64,000 nt of DNA from Octopus vulgaris (lineage: Eukaryota): positions 18,228,001 through 18,292,000 of the forward strand of contig OX597822.1 in NCBI GenBank assembly GCA_951406725.2. Direction: 5' to 3'. Each line of letters begins with the position of its first letter. Position 1 is the stretch's first letter. Under the pieces are notes generated by a model. It worked only from the letters and a program-made list of their open reading frames with translations, made no database searches and was not told the DNA's origin. The position numbers and the translations under genes were made by a program. Positions 11,890 through 24,603 of this stretch are shown here, piece by piece.

Positions 11890-11954
11890 AAAAATACTTG
11901 TTTAAACCTGCGTTAACTCCATTTTTTATTCATATATATATATATATATATATA

Positions 11955-13106
11955 TATACACTTTTTAATCCGAGGGGAGGCAATGCGAGCAGCAACTAAA
12001 AGAGCACTACAAAATCCACAGAAGGATCAAACACATACATATATTCATATATTCATTTATATCTACAGAACAGATATAAAGCCCGACGTTTAGAAATATA
12101 TAGTAATATATAAATATATAAACATCATATAAAAATATATAAATATATAAGAGAATCAATGTTGCATATATAACAACTTGAATTTGCGCTTAAAGTCGTA
12201 AAACATTTGGTATAAATTTGTTAAATTAAACATTTGGGGTAATAAAACATACAAAGACATATTAAAAAGACGAATTAAAATTCCAGAGAAAAATACATAG
12301 AAGATAAATATACAAATTTACAAAAATACATAAAAGTTCATCTACAGGCCGTTTCAGAGATGCGCCAATTAATATGAAACATATCATATATTTAAAATTG
12401 ACACTCCCCTCGTCAGGATGTTTTTTACACACAACACATGCGAAAGACCAGACATTACGTACTCCCCAAAATTCTCATAGATACTGAATGCTACTTTATA
12501 AGCATATAATTCAATCTAGCAGCCATAGTAAATGGTATGCACACAGCTCCATCTGAACTAATTCACTTCTGCACTTAATTTAATTTTAATCTTTTAATTT
12601 CTCCCATTCATGCAAAGCTACATATTCCAGTTCAAGTCCTTGATACATTTTATACTAATTGCTATTTTTTCTTTTAATTGTTATATTACAATTTAATTAC
12701 CATACTTTAGTTTTATTTTAATAACTACTTACTATATTTACTATATTTAATTCAATTGTTATTATTACCTCTAACTTTTATTGCTATTTTTATTTCTAAA
12801 TTTCTTATGGAACGTCGAGTGGATCTTATGTGTACAATATATTTTTATATGATGTTTATATATTTATATATTACTATATATTTCTAAACGTCGGGCTTTA
12901 TATCTGTTCTGTAGATATAAATGAATATATGTATGTGTTTGATCTTTCTGTGGATTTTGTAGTGTCCTTGTAGTTGCTGCTCGCATTGCCTCCCCTCGGA
13001 TTAAAAAGTGTATACAGCTCATTTGAGCACTACTATTCCAGTCTGTTATATATTTTTAGCGTTGTTGTCACTAACGATCTCAAGATATAACTTTATATTT
13101 TGTAAC
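11955..13106. mobile_element. Non-coding fold-back PLE-type insertion with a hammerhead
   Basis: 11955-12140 is inverted at 12837-13014; ~90-bp tail to 13106; TA tracts on both sides. Confidence 0.75.
12339..12420 (-). ncRNA. Type I hammerhead ribozyme motif
   Basis: CATC-CTGACGA-GGGGAGTGTCAATT...AATTGGCGCATCTCT-GAAAC-GGCCT-GTA-GATG; 14-bp stem II including G-U pairs. Confidence 0.8.
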
Positions 13107-13523
13107 ATATATATATATATATATACATCCTTATACATACAATAGAGTGATGTTTTTGTTTCACTATTAACACGTAATACTGAAATAGTGGAGAAGATAT
13201 GATATTGCTGTGGGCTCGCCCTTGGCAAAAAGTTAAACATTTTTTTTCCCATGACACTACATGGACCCTAATTAAGGCATGTCTAAAATTTGATTGAAAT
13301 TGGTTGTGTAGTTCTCAAGTTTTAGGGAATCATAGTGGAGAAGATATGATATTGCTGTGGGCTCGCCCTAGGCAAAAAGTTATAAATTATTTTTGCCAAT
13401 GACACTCCCCAGACCCTAAGTAAGGCTTGTGTAAAATTTGAATGACATTGGTTGTGTAGTGCTCAAGTTTTAAAGAAACACACAGACAGACAGACAGACA
13501 CACATTCTCAGTTTTATATATAT

Positions 13524-13526
<3 letters not shown>
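13107..13526 (-). mobile_element. Non-autonomous Helitron 5' segment with two ~146-bp tandem units
   Basis: Starts A|TCTATATATATAAAACTGAGAATGTGTGTCTGTCTG like 60029; the unit repeats at 13186 and 13332; no 3' terminator seen. Confidence 0.7.
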
Positions 13527-13586
<60 letters not shown>

Positions 13587-13588
<2 letters not shown>

Positions 13589-14790
13589 TGAGAATGTAGG
13601 TGTGTCAAAGCACATGGTTGGATATATAGAAAATAGAAAAGAGTGAAAAAACTACAGAAGGCTTGTTTTATAAGGTTAAAGAATATATTTAAGTCGTTAT
13701 GTTAGAAGAATGTTATAAAATTTTGCATATAGTAACATAGCTTTTGAAGAAATTACCGGTTTCGTGTTAACTTTTCTAATATCTCAAATGTCTTTACCTA
13801 CGTCATGTCATGTCTTCATTATGCAGTGCAAAGAAGAGTTCCAGGCAGGGGGAGGTAATAAGCGATTTCTTCCGGTATAAGGGAGATAATCGCTTTATAT
13901 TTCTTTTCCCTTATTTAATGAGATGAGTTTCTCTGTATAAGAATGTTAGGATGGTTAAGTTCAGGCTTATATTTTTCAATGAAGAATGTTTTCTTGTTTA
14001 ATCTAATTTGTGTCGGTGTTCCAATAGCACATTGATAGAATGGAAAGATTAAAAATTGTGGAAGTAGTTGCTTTGCACATTTCTCAATATGCTCACTGAA
14101 GGGTATCATTCTGTATTCTCGGAATGCAATCTGTTGTCGATGCAGAGTGCATCTACATCTGAGTGATAATCCCGTGGACCCCACGTAGTTTTGGTGGCAG
14201 CCCGAGCACCTTATGACATAAATTATGTTTTCAGAAGCACAAGTAAAATTAGATTTGATCGTAGTTTTAGGTCCTCCAGGTTAGGTGTGTGTATGTATGT
14301 CTTTGGTGATTTTTTTAATGGTTTCATTTATAATTTGGCTTTTATGTATTTTTGGAAGACCATAGAAGAAGCTAGTTTTGCATTTAAAGTTTGTTAGAAA
14401 GTCAATCTCTTTGGTTGTCAGTTCCTTTTCATGGGGTTTAATTAGTGAGGAGAGAGTGTTCATTATTTTTTGCAGGGTGTAGTTGGTGATTTTTTCATAA
14501 TGTTGATTGTCATCAAGCAAGGAAATTACAAGATTTCTATAGTATAATGTATCCATTATTACAACTGTACTTCCTTTGTCTGCTTCCTTAATGGTTATAT
14601 CTTCATCATTTTGAAGTTCTATCAGTTCCTTCCATTGACTTCATTTTGGTTGGCTCTGCATGGAGTTGGCGTAAATTTGAGTCCTTTTGAGAGGATGTCA
14701 ATTTTTATGTTAGAGAGAAGTTTGGTTGAAAGGTTGATTATCTTCAGTTTTTCCTAGACAGTTAACTCAAATTTTAGCACTGCACAATTT
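13587..14790 (-). mobile_element. Penelope-like element, Neptune-like, with the RT core deleted
   Basis: ITIKEADKGSTVVIMD..FYGLPKIHKS is joined near 14280 to KSNFTCASENIIYVIRCSGCHQNYVGSTG..LHR..FFIEKYKPELN (GIY-YIG). Confidence 0.85.
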
Positions 14791-14971
14791 GGTTTACAGT
14801 TTTTCTGATCCTCTTCTAATAGACGGTTTCGCTTGTAGTTGAAACTAGTTTGGTATATATGTAAATAATGTATTTTAAACATTTATAAATTTTTGAAATT
14901 TAGATGCATTTTCAACAAAACATTTTCCTACATTTTTTTCCTGTGGGGAAATACCACCCCCTCTTTTGTTA

Positions 14972-15008
<37 letters not shown>

Positions 15009-15126
15009 AAAGTTTATGAAAAAAACAAAAGACGAAGACAGGTGTTGCATAAAACAAACAGATGTATTAGTATAACACTCAGGAATGTGTGTGTGTATAT
15101 ATATATGTTTATAAATATATACATAC

Positions 15127-15373
15127 ATAGGGAGCTCCTCTATGCTGATGACCTAGCCCTCATAGCAGAATCACTACCAGAAATAGAAAAGAAATTTCGG
15201 GTGTGGAAGCTAGGTTTAGAATGAAAAGGCCTTTGAGTCAATGTAGCAAAGACCAAAGTTCTAGTAAGTAGGAAGGCAAACTCACCACACACACCCTCAG
15301 GTAGGTGGCCCTGCTCAATCTGTAGAAAAGGTGTAGGTAGAAACTCCATAAGATGTACACAGTGTAAGCTATG
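15127..15373 (+). mobile_element. RTE RT fragment with a Cys-rich segment
   Basis: ELLYADDLALIAES..VNVAKTKVLVS..GRWPCSICRKGVGRNSIRCTQCKL. Confidence 0.85.
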
Positions 15374-15424
15374 TGTACTTGTGGCTGACAAAGAGTAAAA
15401 GAAAATATATATATATATATATAT

Positions 15425-15657
15425 TTATTCTTTTACTTGTTTCAGTCATTTGATAGCAGCCATGCTAGAGCACTGCCTTTAGTTGAGGAAATCGACCCCA
15501 GGACTTATTCTTTGTAAGCCTAGTACTTATGCTGGGTCTCTTTTGCCATACTAATAAGTTACAGGGACATAAACACATCAACATCGGTTGTCAAGCAATG
15601 GTGGGGGTACAAACACAGACACACAAATACATATAAATAAATAAATAAATAAATATA

Positions 15658-15706
<49 letters not shown>

Positions 15707-15872
15707 GATAGGCTTCTTTCAGTTTCTGTCTACCAAATCCACTCACAAGGTTTTGATCAGCCTGAGGCCATAGTAGAAGACGTGCTCAAAGTGTCATGCA
15801 GTGGAACTGAACCCAGAACTATGTGTTTGGTAAGCAAGCTTCTTACCACACCGCCACTCCTGAGCCTATGTA
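15425..15872 (-). mobile_element. tRNA-derived SINE, near full length, with an internal microsatellite
   Basis: Head GGAGTGGCGGTGTGGTAAG..GGGTTCAGTTCC; tail ..GACTGAAACAAGTAAAAGAATA. Confidence 0.75.
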
Positions 15873-16050
15873 TATAAGGCCAATAAAGCTCCTATTCTTC
15901 CCTTATGCCAGCCACAGTCCAATGATGCTGACTGGTGAACCAGTTTTTCAGAGTTGCATCAATTTGTAGCGTTATGATATAGGATGAATATAATAATAAC
16001 AACAATAATCCTTGGATGGAATTTATAAACACTTAATGCATTGCTACAAG

Positions 16051-16374
16051 TGTTTCCACAAATCACATGACTCTTAAAATCACAGTCCGTATTCCTGGGA
16101 TGATTACAGTTTAGTCCATAGTATCCATGGCCATCCAGTTGATCATCTTCATGGATTAATTTCTTCAGGTGATATAACATTAATGGATGTATACAACAGA
16201 GGGATGCTTAACTCAGTCAACTTTCATATTTGTTAAAAGGGATAAACATCCCTCCCTTAAACATCCATTAATGTTATATCACCTGAGGAAATGAATCCAT
16301 GAAGATGATCAACCAGATGGCCATGGATACTATGGACTGTGACTTCAAGAGTCATGTGATTTGTGGAAACACAT
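16051..16374. repeat. Inverted repeat (16051-16190 vs 16261-16374)
   Basis: Arms are reverse complements apart from a ~29-nt indel and a few substitutions. Confidence 0.85.
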
Positions 16375-16386
16375 GTATATAGTATA

Positions 16387-16782
16387 CTAGCAGTATCACC
16401 CGGCGTTGCTCAGGTTTGTTTCGACCCTTTAGAATTGGAATTTTTTAACAGTAAAAAATTTGCATTCTGTAGCTTGTTATTCTCTTTAAGTGAACATTTT
16501 TCTGGTTGAAATACACCGAAAAATGACGACACAGCAGTAAAAAAATCGTAAAAAATAGGGATTTTCATAGAAAAAAAAAGCACCTTTTTGATGTAAATAA
16601 TTTTTGGTGTTAACATGGTCCGATTTCAATTTTTTCTTCTATGGAAGGAAGAGTAAGCCTTCTTCTATCATACTCTCAATTTTAGTCAACTTGCGCTGCA
16701 GGGACGCGGAGGAGATAGTGTTAGTTGAAGGCTACCAAACCTGCCATACACAGACAACTTCAGTTTTATATATATAGAGAGA
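16387..16782 (-). mobile_element. Non-autonomous Helitron (~396 bp)
   Basis: 5' TC (TCTCTCTATATATATAAAACTG); 3' hairpin CCTGAGCAACGCCGGG then ..CTGCTAG; inserted between A and T with no TSD. Confidence 0.85.
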
Positions 16783-16818
16783 TTTGTATTATATCATTCC
16801 TCTCTGTGTGTATGTGTG

Positions 16819-16850
<32 letters not shown>

Positions 16851-16852
16851 TA

Positions 16853-17512
16853 CAATGCTACATGGATGGTAGTGAGATGTGGGCCCTGAATGCAGAATAC
16901 ATGTGAAGGTTAGAGAGGAATGAAGTTTGTAAGCTCCACTGGATGTGCAATGTCAGCGTACATGTGCAACAGACCGTCAGTGTATTGAGTAAAAAACTGG
17001 ACGTAAGAGGAATTGGATGTAATGGGCAAGAGAGAAAGCTGTGCTAGTTTGGTCATGTGATGCATATGGATGAAGATAATTGCATCCAGAAGTGGTGGTC
17101 ACTTTAAAGTGGATGAAACTTATGGAAGAGGGTGACCCAGGAAGACATGGGATGAAGTATCAAAGGCTGATCTCAAGGCACTGAACCTTATGAAGGCAGT
17201 TACTGATGCCCGAGATATCTGGTGCCTTGTTGTACTTAAAAAGACCCATCTGTCACAACTGAACTGATACTGGTGCTGGTGCTGCAGAAAAAGCACTCAT
17301 GCCTGGTGCCAGATTGTAGGCACTGGTGTTGGTACCACATAAAAAGCACACAGTACACTGTGTGGAGTGGTTTGCATCAATAAGGGCAACCAGCTGTAGA
17401 AACCTTGCCATAACAGATAATGGAGCCTGGTATGGCCTCTGACCGTACCAATTCCAGTCAAACCATCCAGCCTGTGTCAGTATAGAAAATGGATATTAAA
17501 CGATGATGATGA
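16853..17512 (+). mobile_element. Older RTE ORF C-terminus plus 3' tail
   Basis: Decayed MLHG.ETW / FGHVMHMDED / GRG.PRKTWDEV..ADL motifs, then repeat cores and a (GAT)n tail. Confidence 0.8.
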
Positions 17513-17519
17513 GTTGTCA

Positions 17520-17703
17520 TAATAGATCGCTAGCCACTACGCATTCTTTATTTTCTCTCCTTGTTTCTTTCTGTGTTCCTTTCTGTGGAAGAGTGTAGGC
17601 TCGAAATGTTAAAAACTTTTCCCTTCCTGAGCATTATACTAAAACATCTGTTTGTTGTCTACACCACCCTGTCTTCGTCTTTTGTTTTTTTATTCTCCCT
17701 CTA
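17520..17703 (+). repeat. Probable PLE 3' tail with a hammerhead-like remnant (also 35741-35870 + and 15006-15083 -)
   Basis: GAAGAGTGTAGGCTCGAAA(C/T)GT followed by a shared CTGTTTGTTGT..CACCTGTCTT tail, ending at TA/CA tracts. Confidence 0.5.
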
Positions 17704-17731
17704 TACATATATATATATATGTACATACATA

Positions 17732-18592
17732 TGAGGTCTGATCGGTAAGTATCCAGACCGTTGCCATAGTAACAAAGCTAAAGCACACAGAGTAGAGCTG
17801 CTTGGCACAGATTAACCTTGACCCCTGCTGTGCATGTCCACTAAGTTTTAACATTCCAGATCACTTCTGCTGTTTACAGCAGTGCTTTGAAGTAATGTGT
17901 GTAACATATGATCATCGTATTGACCATGACAGAGAACGTTGTCATGGCGATACTTGCAGAAAGTGTATGAAGAGGAGTGTATGAGGCACACACAAGTGTA
18001 CGAGTGTTTCAGACATTTCCAAGATGGCCGAAAAAATGTCGCTAAGGACAAACGTTCTTAGGGAACTGAGAAAAACACAGCAGGATTGAGAAAAATATCA
18101 TTGATGTGCTTGCAGCTTTGATGAGAAATCATGGAATCACCATTTGTGAGTAATCAGAGGATGTGCAGATTAGTTACGGTTCAGTTCAGTCCATTATCAC
18201 TGAAGATTTGGGTTTGAGACGGTTGTCTGCTAAGTTTGTGCCAAAACTGCTTTCAGCTGACCGAAAAGATACTCGGGGGTTTCAGTTGCACAAGAATCCC
18301 TGATTGTGTTGAGAACAATGGAAAGTTTTTGAAAACTTTGCCTAGGCCTCTGAGCAGGTATTGCCAAGCATTTGGCAAAATTTGATGCAGATTCTCTGCT
18401 CAACTTCCTCTATCATGGTCAATGTGATGAACGCATGCTACACATGATACTTCCAAGCACTGCTGTAAACAACAGAAGCAAGCTAGAATGTTAAAACTTA
18501 GTTCAAGGTCAATCTGTGCCAAATGGCTTCACTCTGTGTGCTTTCTCTTCATTACTATGGCAACAGTCCAGATACTTATTGATCAGATCACA
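17732..18592 (+). mobile_element. Mariner deletion derivative with ~200-bp inverted ends
   Basis: TA-flanked; ends are reverse-complementary; internal LQKVYEEECMRHTQVYECFRHFQDGR is a mariner N-terminal HTH-like segment. Confidence 0.8.
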
Positions 18593-18967
18593 TATGTATA
18601 CATACAAATATATAAGAGAGAGAGAGGGAGAGAGAGAGAGAGAGCAGTAGATAGCTTGCTAGCTAGGTAGATATCACATATGTGTAGTTATTAGTTGATA
18701 TCAATTTACATATCTCATACATTATGCTGAGATTTTTATATGATAATTTAATTGATGCCTTCTTCTCTCCATCCTCCACTTCTTCCCCCCTCATCCTCAC
18801 TACTCACTATCCCCCACTCCCCCTTCCTTTTCCACTCTTTCTAGAGAATAAAATAAAAATACTTTTTTTTTATATATTCTATGGTGTATGCATATGGAAC
18901 TTAATTATTTTTGTGTCTGCATTCTTGCATCTGCACACATGCACATAGACATTCTTATATACATGTG

Positions 18968-19012
<45 letters not shown>

Positions 19013-19026
19013 TTACAGATATATAT

Positions 19027-19066
<40 letters not shown>

Positions 19067-20844
19067 CCACACACATACTTTGATGTTCCATAGAGCAAGT
19101 AACACTCACACACTTATGCATGTGTGTGTGTGTGTAATGGAAATGTGACTCTCCAAGTTCAATGATGGGTTCGTTGTATAGTCTGTTATAAGACATTTAA
19201 ATCTGTCCCCAAGTACAGCTTATTGACTTTAATAAAGTGCATTGAAATCTTCCATTGTGATAAGATGGAACCATTTGTGCACTTACAATGGAATCCTGGA
19301 GAATATTCAAGTTAAGTAGAATAGGTTTAATGTGTATGTATATATATATATATATATATACACTATACTATACTATTCTATACATTCTCGCCACTCTGCT
19401 GAACAATTGATCAAAGTCTTTAACTAACTCCATCATCTCGCAAAGTCGTTCTTCCTCTATAAAATATCTTCACTTCTTTTCTAATATGCTGTCAATATTT
19501 CCTCTTATACTCAAAATAATTTTCGGTTTGAGGCCATATGAGATGCATTGATTGTGTTGGAAAATATGGATAGATAAATAATTAACAACTTTGATAGATG
19601 ATCAAACAAATATTAAAAAAAGAAAGACACAAAGGAGAAAAAGAAAGCCAGAGGGGTGAGAGCAGGAAGGGGGTGGGGACTGAAATAAACATGTTGACAG
19701 AGTTTCTGAAGGAGATGTGAATGAATTGACCACCAACAACAAATAACTTTATTTAAAGAGTAATAGTGAAGGAGACGAGATTTCTTTCAGATGCAAATTA
19801 ACGATGTTTCAATGGGACCTGCTCGAGTAATGATTGAAAAAAAAGAAAGACTCGTCGTTTGTTCAGACATGTATTCAACCTCATTTGCCGACATCAATGG
19901 CTGTCTTTCCTATTTTTGTCTTGAGAGTATCATTAGAACATCACACAAATGTCTTACAACATTTAGCTATGAGTCTTTAGATCTTGAGTTAAAATCCTGT
20001 TGAGGTTGTCTTGCCTTTTTATCCTTTCTGAATTCTTTATCTTTTATTATTTACTTATTTCAGTCGTTGCACTGTGGCCATGCTAGAGCACCACCTTGGT
20101 CAAACAAATGAAACCCATTTCTTACTTGGAAGTGTGGTACCTAGTCCATCAATCTGTTGTGGTCAATGACCCTGAGAGTTATGTCAGTTGAGTGTATGTT
20201 CCTACTTGGGCCTCCCATGCTGGACAGTTCAAAGAGTAGGGGTTAGTCTGATGGGGACCACCACTCCTCAGAGATAAAAACTGGTTCATGAAGGGCCAAC
20301 ATCCATAGCTAGGAAAAAAAAACAAAGTGATAGAAACACTGGGGAAAATTCAAAACCAACCAAATCTGAAAGAATAATTCTTTCCATTTTGGAAACTATA
20401 CACACCTGAAGTGCAAGTGAGGATAAAACCCACAAAGAGGACCGAAGAAACACTGAAAAAGGCAGGGATCGAATTGGGGAGAAGCAGAGAAAATAATCCA
20501 AAGTTGAAAACAGTGAAGAAAAGTCATCAATGATCTACGCTTCGCACAGTGTGAAGGGTTCAAGTAAAAGTAATTACTCAAGTCCTGGGGTCAGTTAAAC
20601 CAGGGGACACTTGTGTCTTTGAGGCTCCTTCAAGGTAGAGATTACTAGGGAGAATTGAAAGGAATCTGTTTGGCACCATTTGTTGTTTAACGGCAGATGA
20701 AGGTGTAAACCTCAAATTTTCATGTGAGGAGTATTATTGTTTTTATAAGAAATAATGAGAAAACAAGGAAACAATACTGCACTAATCCTTGAGATGTGTG
20801 AGGGTGTCCGGGCCATCATCTTGCTCAATACAGGTTGACAATTG

Positions 20845-22522
20845 CAGTGAATTAAATTGTGTTTCAAATGAAAAAGGCTCCCTGATCATTGGTTGATGGT
20901 ACAGCACTGCTAATATTGGTTTAACTTATGCCAGAGATGACATTATTAGTAGACATTAAGGCCTTGGTCATCACATTATGAGCTTTATTTATTATAGATA
21001 AAACTACAAGTAAATCTAAAAGGAGAAATATAATATTAAATGACCTGAGAAAGAGGAGGAGGAGGAGGAGCTGAATTTTAAAAAGGGCAAGCTAAGTTTG
21101 TTGTAATGAAGGGTTGGCATGGAAGGAAATGTGAACTGTAGAGAATGTCTGGGGATTGTTGTTTGATATTAACAGAATCATCATCATCGTTTAACGTCCG
21201 TTTTCCATGCTAGCATGTGTTGGATGGTTCGACTGGGGTCTGGGAAGCCAGGAGACTGCACCAGGCTCCTGTCTGATCTGGCAGTGTTTCTACAGATGGA
21301 TGCCCTTCCTAACACCAACCACTCTGTGAGTGTAGTGGGTGCTTTTTACATGCCAGGGGAGGCTGGCAATGGCCACAATCGGTTGGTGCTTTTTACGTAC
21401 CATTGGCACGGAAGCCAGTCAAGGCTGCACTGGCATCGACCACATTTGGATGGTGCTTTTTATGTGCCACCAGCACAGGTATCACAACTACAATTTCCCT
21501 TTGATTTTTTGATGCTGATATACTTAACTCAATAGGTCTCCTCAAGCACAGCAGGTCACCCTACAATCCAAGGTAAGCACAGCAGGCCGTCCTGCGATCC
21601 AAGGCACTTTGGATGGGCTGGGGCTTCTATGTGAAGCTGGTGCAGGAAACAACCATGAACTCATACTATTTGTCGGGTCTTCACAGTCACAGCATATCTA
21701 GACACAAAGCCACTAATAATGAACACAAAGTGCAGATATGGCTATAGTCACAGTGATGTATGTGTGTGTGTGTTTGTGTATCTATATATCTATGTTTATG
21801 TGTATGTTTGTGTGTGTATGCACATATGCATGCACACATGAAGTTGTTTTTTCATTCCTTCACATGAGGCAGTCTGAGCTAAAAACATTGTCATTGTGCT
21901 TAAATTCCTGGTGAACTTTGTTGCATAGTTCTACAGTTTTGAAGCTTAGTGGATAAAAAAAGTCTTTCACTTGAAAACCACATCGTTGAGGTTTATGACA
22001 AGAAGGGCATCCAATTATAAAATATTGTATCCACGAAGTATCCATTTAACCTATGCCAGTATAGAAAAGATGGACATAAAATGAATAAACATATGAAAGA
22101 GCACTTCTTTTTTCTTTCTTTCACCAATTTCTAAGATTGAACTTGTAATTGTTTCTAGTGAAACTGAGAAACTAAGACAACATCTCGCAAACCAACAATC
22201 TATTGAATATTAATGGCTTTAAGTAAGATAACACTTGATTAGTTCTGCTGGACATTTTTGTATTCAGCTCAGTTTTCTCTATTGATGTGCAGCCATGAAC
22301 ATCTGCTTGCTGTAGCATTTCAGGTCATTTAATATTATATTTCTCCTTTTAGATTTACTTGTAGTTTTATCTATAATAAATAAAGCTCATAATGCGATGA
22401 CCAAGGCCATAATGTCTACTAATAATGTCATCTCTGGCATAAGTTAAACCAACATTAGAAGGCTGTACCATCAACCAGTAAGCAGGGAGCCTTTTTCAGC
22501 TTAAACACGATTTAATTCACTG
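20845..22522. repeat. Inverted duplication ~203 bp (20845-21048 vs 22320-22522)
   Basis: Direct reverse-complement match; the inner halves are nearly identical. Confidence 0.9.
21178..21700 (-). mobile_element. RTE 3'UTR fragment
   Basis: (CAT)n followed by GTTTAACGTCCG..., three repeat cores and a ..TATGCTGTG..GAAGACCCGAC ORF end. Confidence 0.82.
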
Positions 22523-23319
22523 GTTCTATTCAGTTCAGCTAATTCTAAAGACAGAATTAATAAGAGGTCAGATCAGTAATGATGCCTATCATGCTCAGTT
22601 CCTACATCACAGCAACGAGAAAGACCGATTGTTAGACACAGCCCACTCCACTATCGTTCTCTATTGAAAATTTGATAAAATGCCTGAAATGAAATGTCCA
22701 TTAACAGCTACATTTCCTGTGTAAAGAATAATCTAATTAGATAGCTTGCCACCGAACAAAGGAATCGGATTAAATTTTGTAAAACAGAGGCTGTATTGTG
22801 TAGCCGTATAACTTTGCTTCCTCCTCCATCACTAACACCATTAGCTGACATTTAGCTTGCCTAACTTAATTCAAAGAAATACAGGTTTCAGGAAAATTAC
22901 TATTGCAAGATATTTGGCAAATCTTTCAATAATTTTTGAATGCATTACAATCAGTATTTCATAATCTTAGTTACAATAAAGTTTGTATTAATAATGACTA
23001 CCAAATACAATGGGAAAATATCATGTACCATTATTTTCTAATCATTAGCAGCAGCAACATTGTATTGCCTTCATCCTCGTTACCAGCATCAATGCTACCA
23101 TTTTCATGAACATGATGTAACATTGCTCTCATTCACATTTTTGTCCAGAATACACAAGTGTTGCAGTTTCCTGTGTGGTAGCTTCACTTCCGTAGAACAA
23201 ACAAACAAACCTCTTTTCAACAAATAACTGCTTACTTATACAAGTATTTCACTCTTTATCAACAATCAGCCATCAACGACTTCTCTCCATTGTCCTTAAC
23301 CCTGGGCTGTCTTTACTGC

Positions 23320-23860
23320 TTCTTCTCTCCATTTGGATCTCTTCTTCAATCCAGTTGGGTCTCTGCTTCAATCCATGTGAATTCTTCTCTCCAATTGGAT
23401 CTCTGCTTCTCTGCACTTGGATTACTTCTTCAATCCAGTTGGGTCTCTTCTTCTCTCCAGCTGAATCTCTGCTTCTCTCCGTTTGGATCTCTTCTCTCCA
23501 AATGGATCTTTTCTTCTTGCCACTTGGATCTCTGCTTCAATCCAGTTGGATCTCTGTTTCTCTCCAGTTGGATCGCCTTTTTTCACTCGGATCTCTTCTC
23601 TCCATTTGGATCTTTTCTTCTCGCCACTTGTGACTCTGCTTCTCTCCAGTTGCATCTCTTCTCTCCCCTTGGATCTCTTCTTCTTCTTGTCAGTTGGATC
23701 TCTTCTTCAATCCACTTGCATCTCTGCTTCTCTCCATTTGGATCTCTTCTTCAATCCATTTATATCTCCTCTTCTCTCCAATTGGATCTCTTTTCTCTCC
23801 AGTTAGATCTTTTCTTCTCTGCACCTGTATCTCTGCTTCCTTCCAACTGGATCTCCCCTT
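23320..23860. repeat. Degenerate ~18-21 bp minisatellite (TCTCTGCTTCTCTCCAGTTGGA-like)
   Basis: More than 20 recurrences of TTGGATCTCT..CTTCTCTCCA variants. Confidence 0.9.
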
Positions 23861-24603
23861 CATATGTTACCCAGAGGAAAGACCTTTCTCCCCAAGGTCT
23901 TCATAATTTTGAATCATCATTGATGCTTCTCTTATTTTGATCTTTTCCAGGTAGGGTTGTTGGTCCTATGCAAGTCTATTTTTATCTTTGAACAGAGGTG
24001 GTCTATATTAGACTGCCTTCTGTCCTTTGAACTGTATCTAGCATGAGGTCCCACTTAAAGCTTATGATTCCCTGACACAGTTGTTAGGGTGACAGGCATA
24101 CAAACCCCCTTGCTACAATAAGGACTGCACTTTGTTGCAGATTATTTAATTTATAGGGTTCCAAATATCTTAGGACCTAAATTTTCAAGCACTATAACCC
24201 AGCAAGGAAACCAGGATGACCTCAAGTAATAATGAAAAAAAAAAAAAACTTACAGAATCAAATGGACAAGGAAACCTGTATGTAGTAGCCGGTCCTGCTA
24301 GAAATAGCAGCCAAATCTCTCTCATACAACTTTCTAATGGAAAGGACAAGTTAAGTAATGTTGTTGTACATCCCCTAAAAATTACAGGATGGTCATGGCT
24401 GAATTCCCTTTGATCACGAGTTTGCTTGGTTGATATGACACAGTGGTTCCCTTTTATGGCTTTCCACACTGTGTGGACCCCTTAACTATAATTGATAGGA
24501 AACCCCTGTGACATCAAATGAAGGAAAAACCATTTTAAAGAGAGAATTTATTGATATTGAGATAAAAAGAAAACTATGTAAAAATTGAATTTTCTTTAAC
24601 TCT

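Larger units (their letters stand above)
9306..11935 (-). mobile_element. Penelope-like element, Naiad-like, 5'-truncated with an inverted pseudo-LTR
   Basis: RT motifs (LKDHKPNF..LRLICPS, IQFDISNFYSSI, PMGSSDSAQIADLV, GLYRDD, FLDITLNL) and a C-terminal GIY-YIG; 9453-9687 is inverted at 11701-11935; (TA)n flanks. Confidence 0.9.

Noticed and set aside
14810-14855. GAAACTAGTT hammerhead half-motif
   Set aside because: No convincing CUGANGA core or stems I and II.
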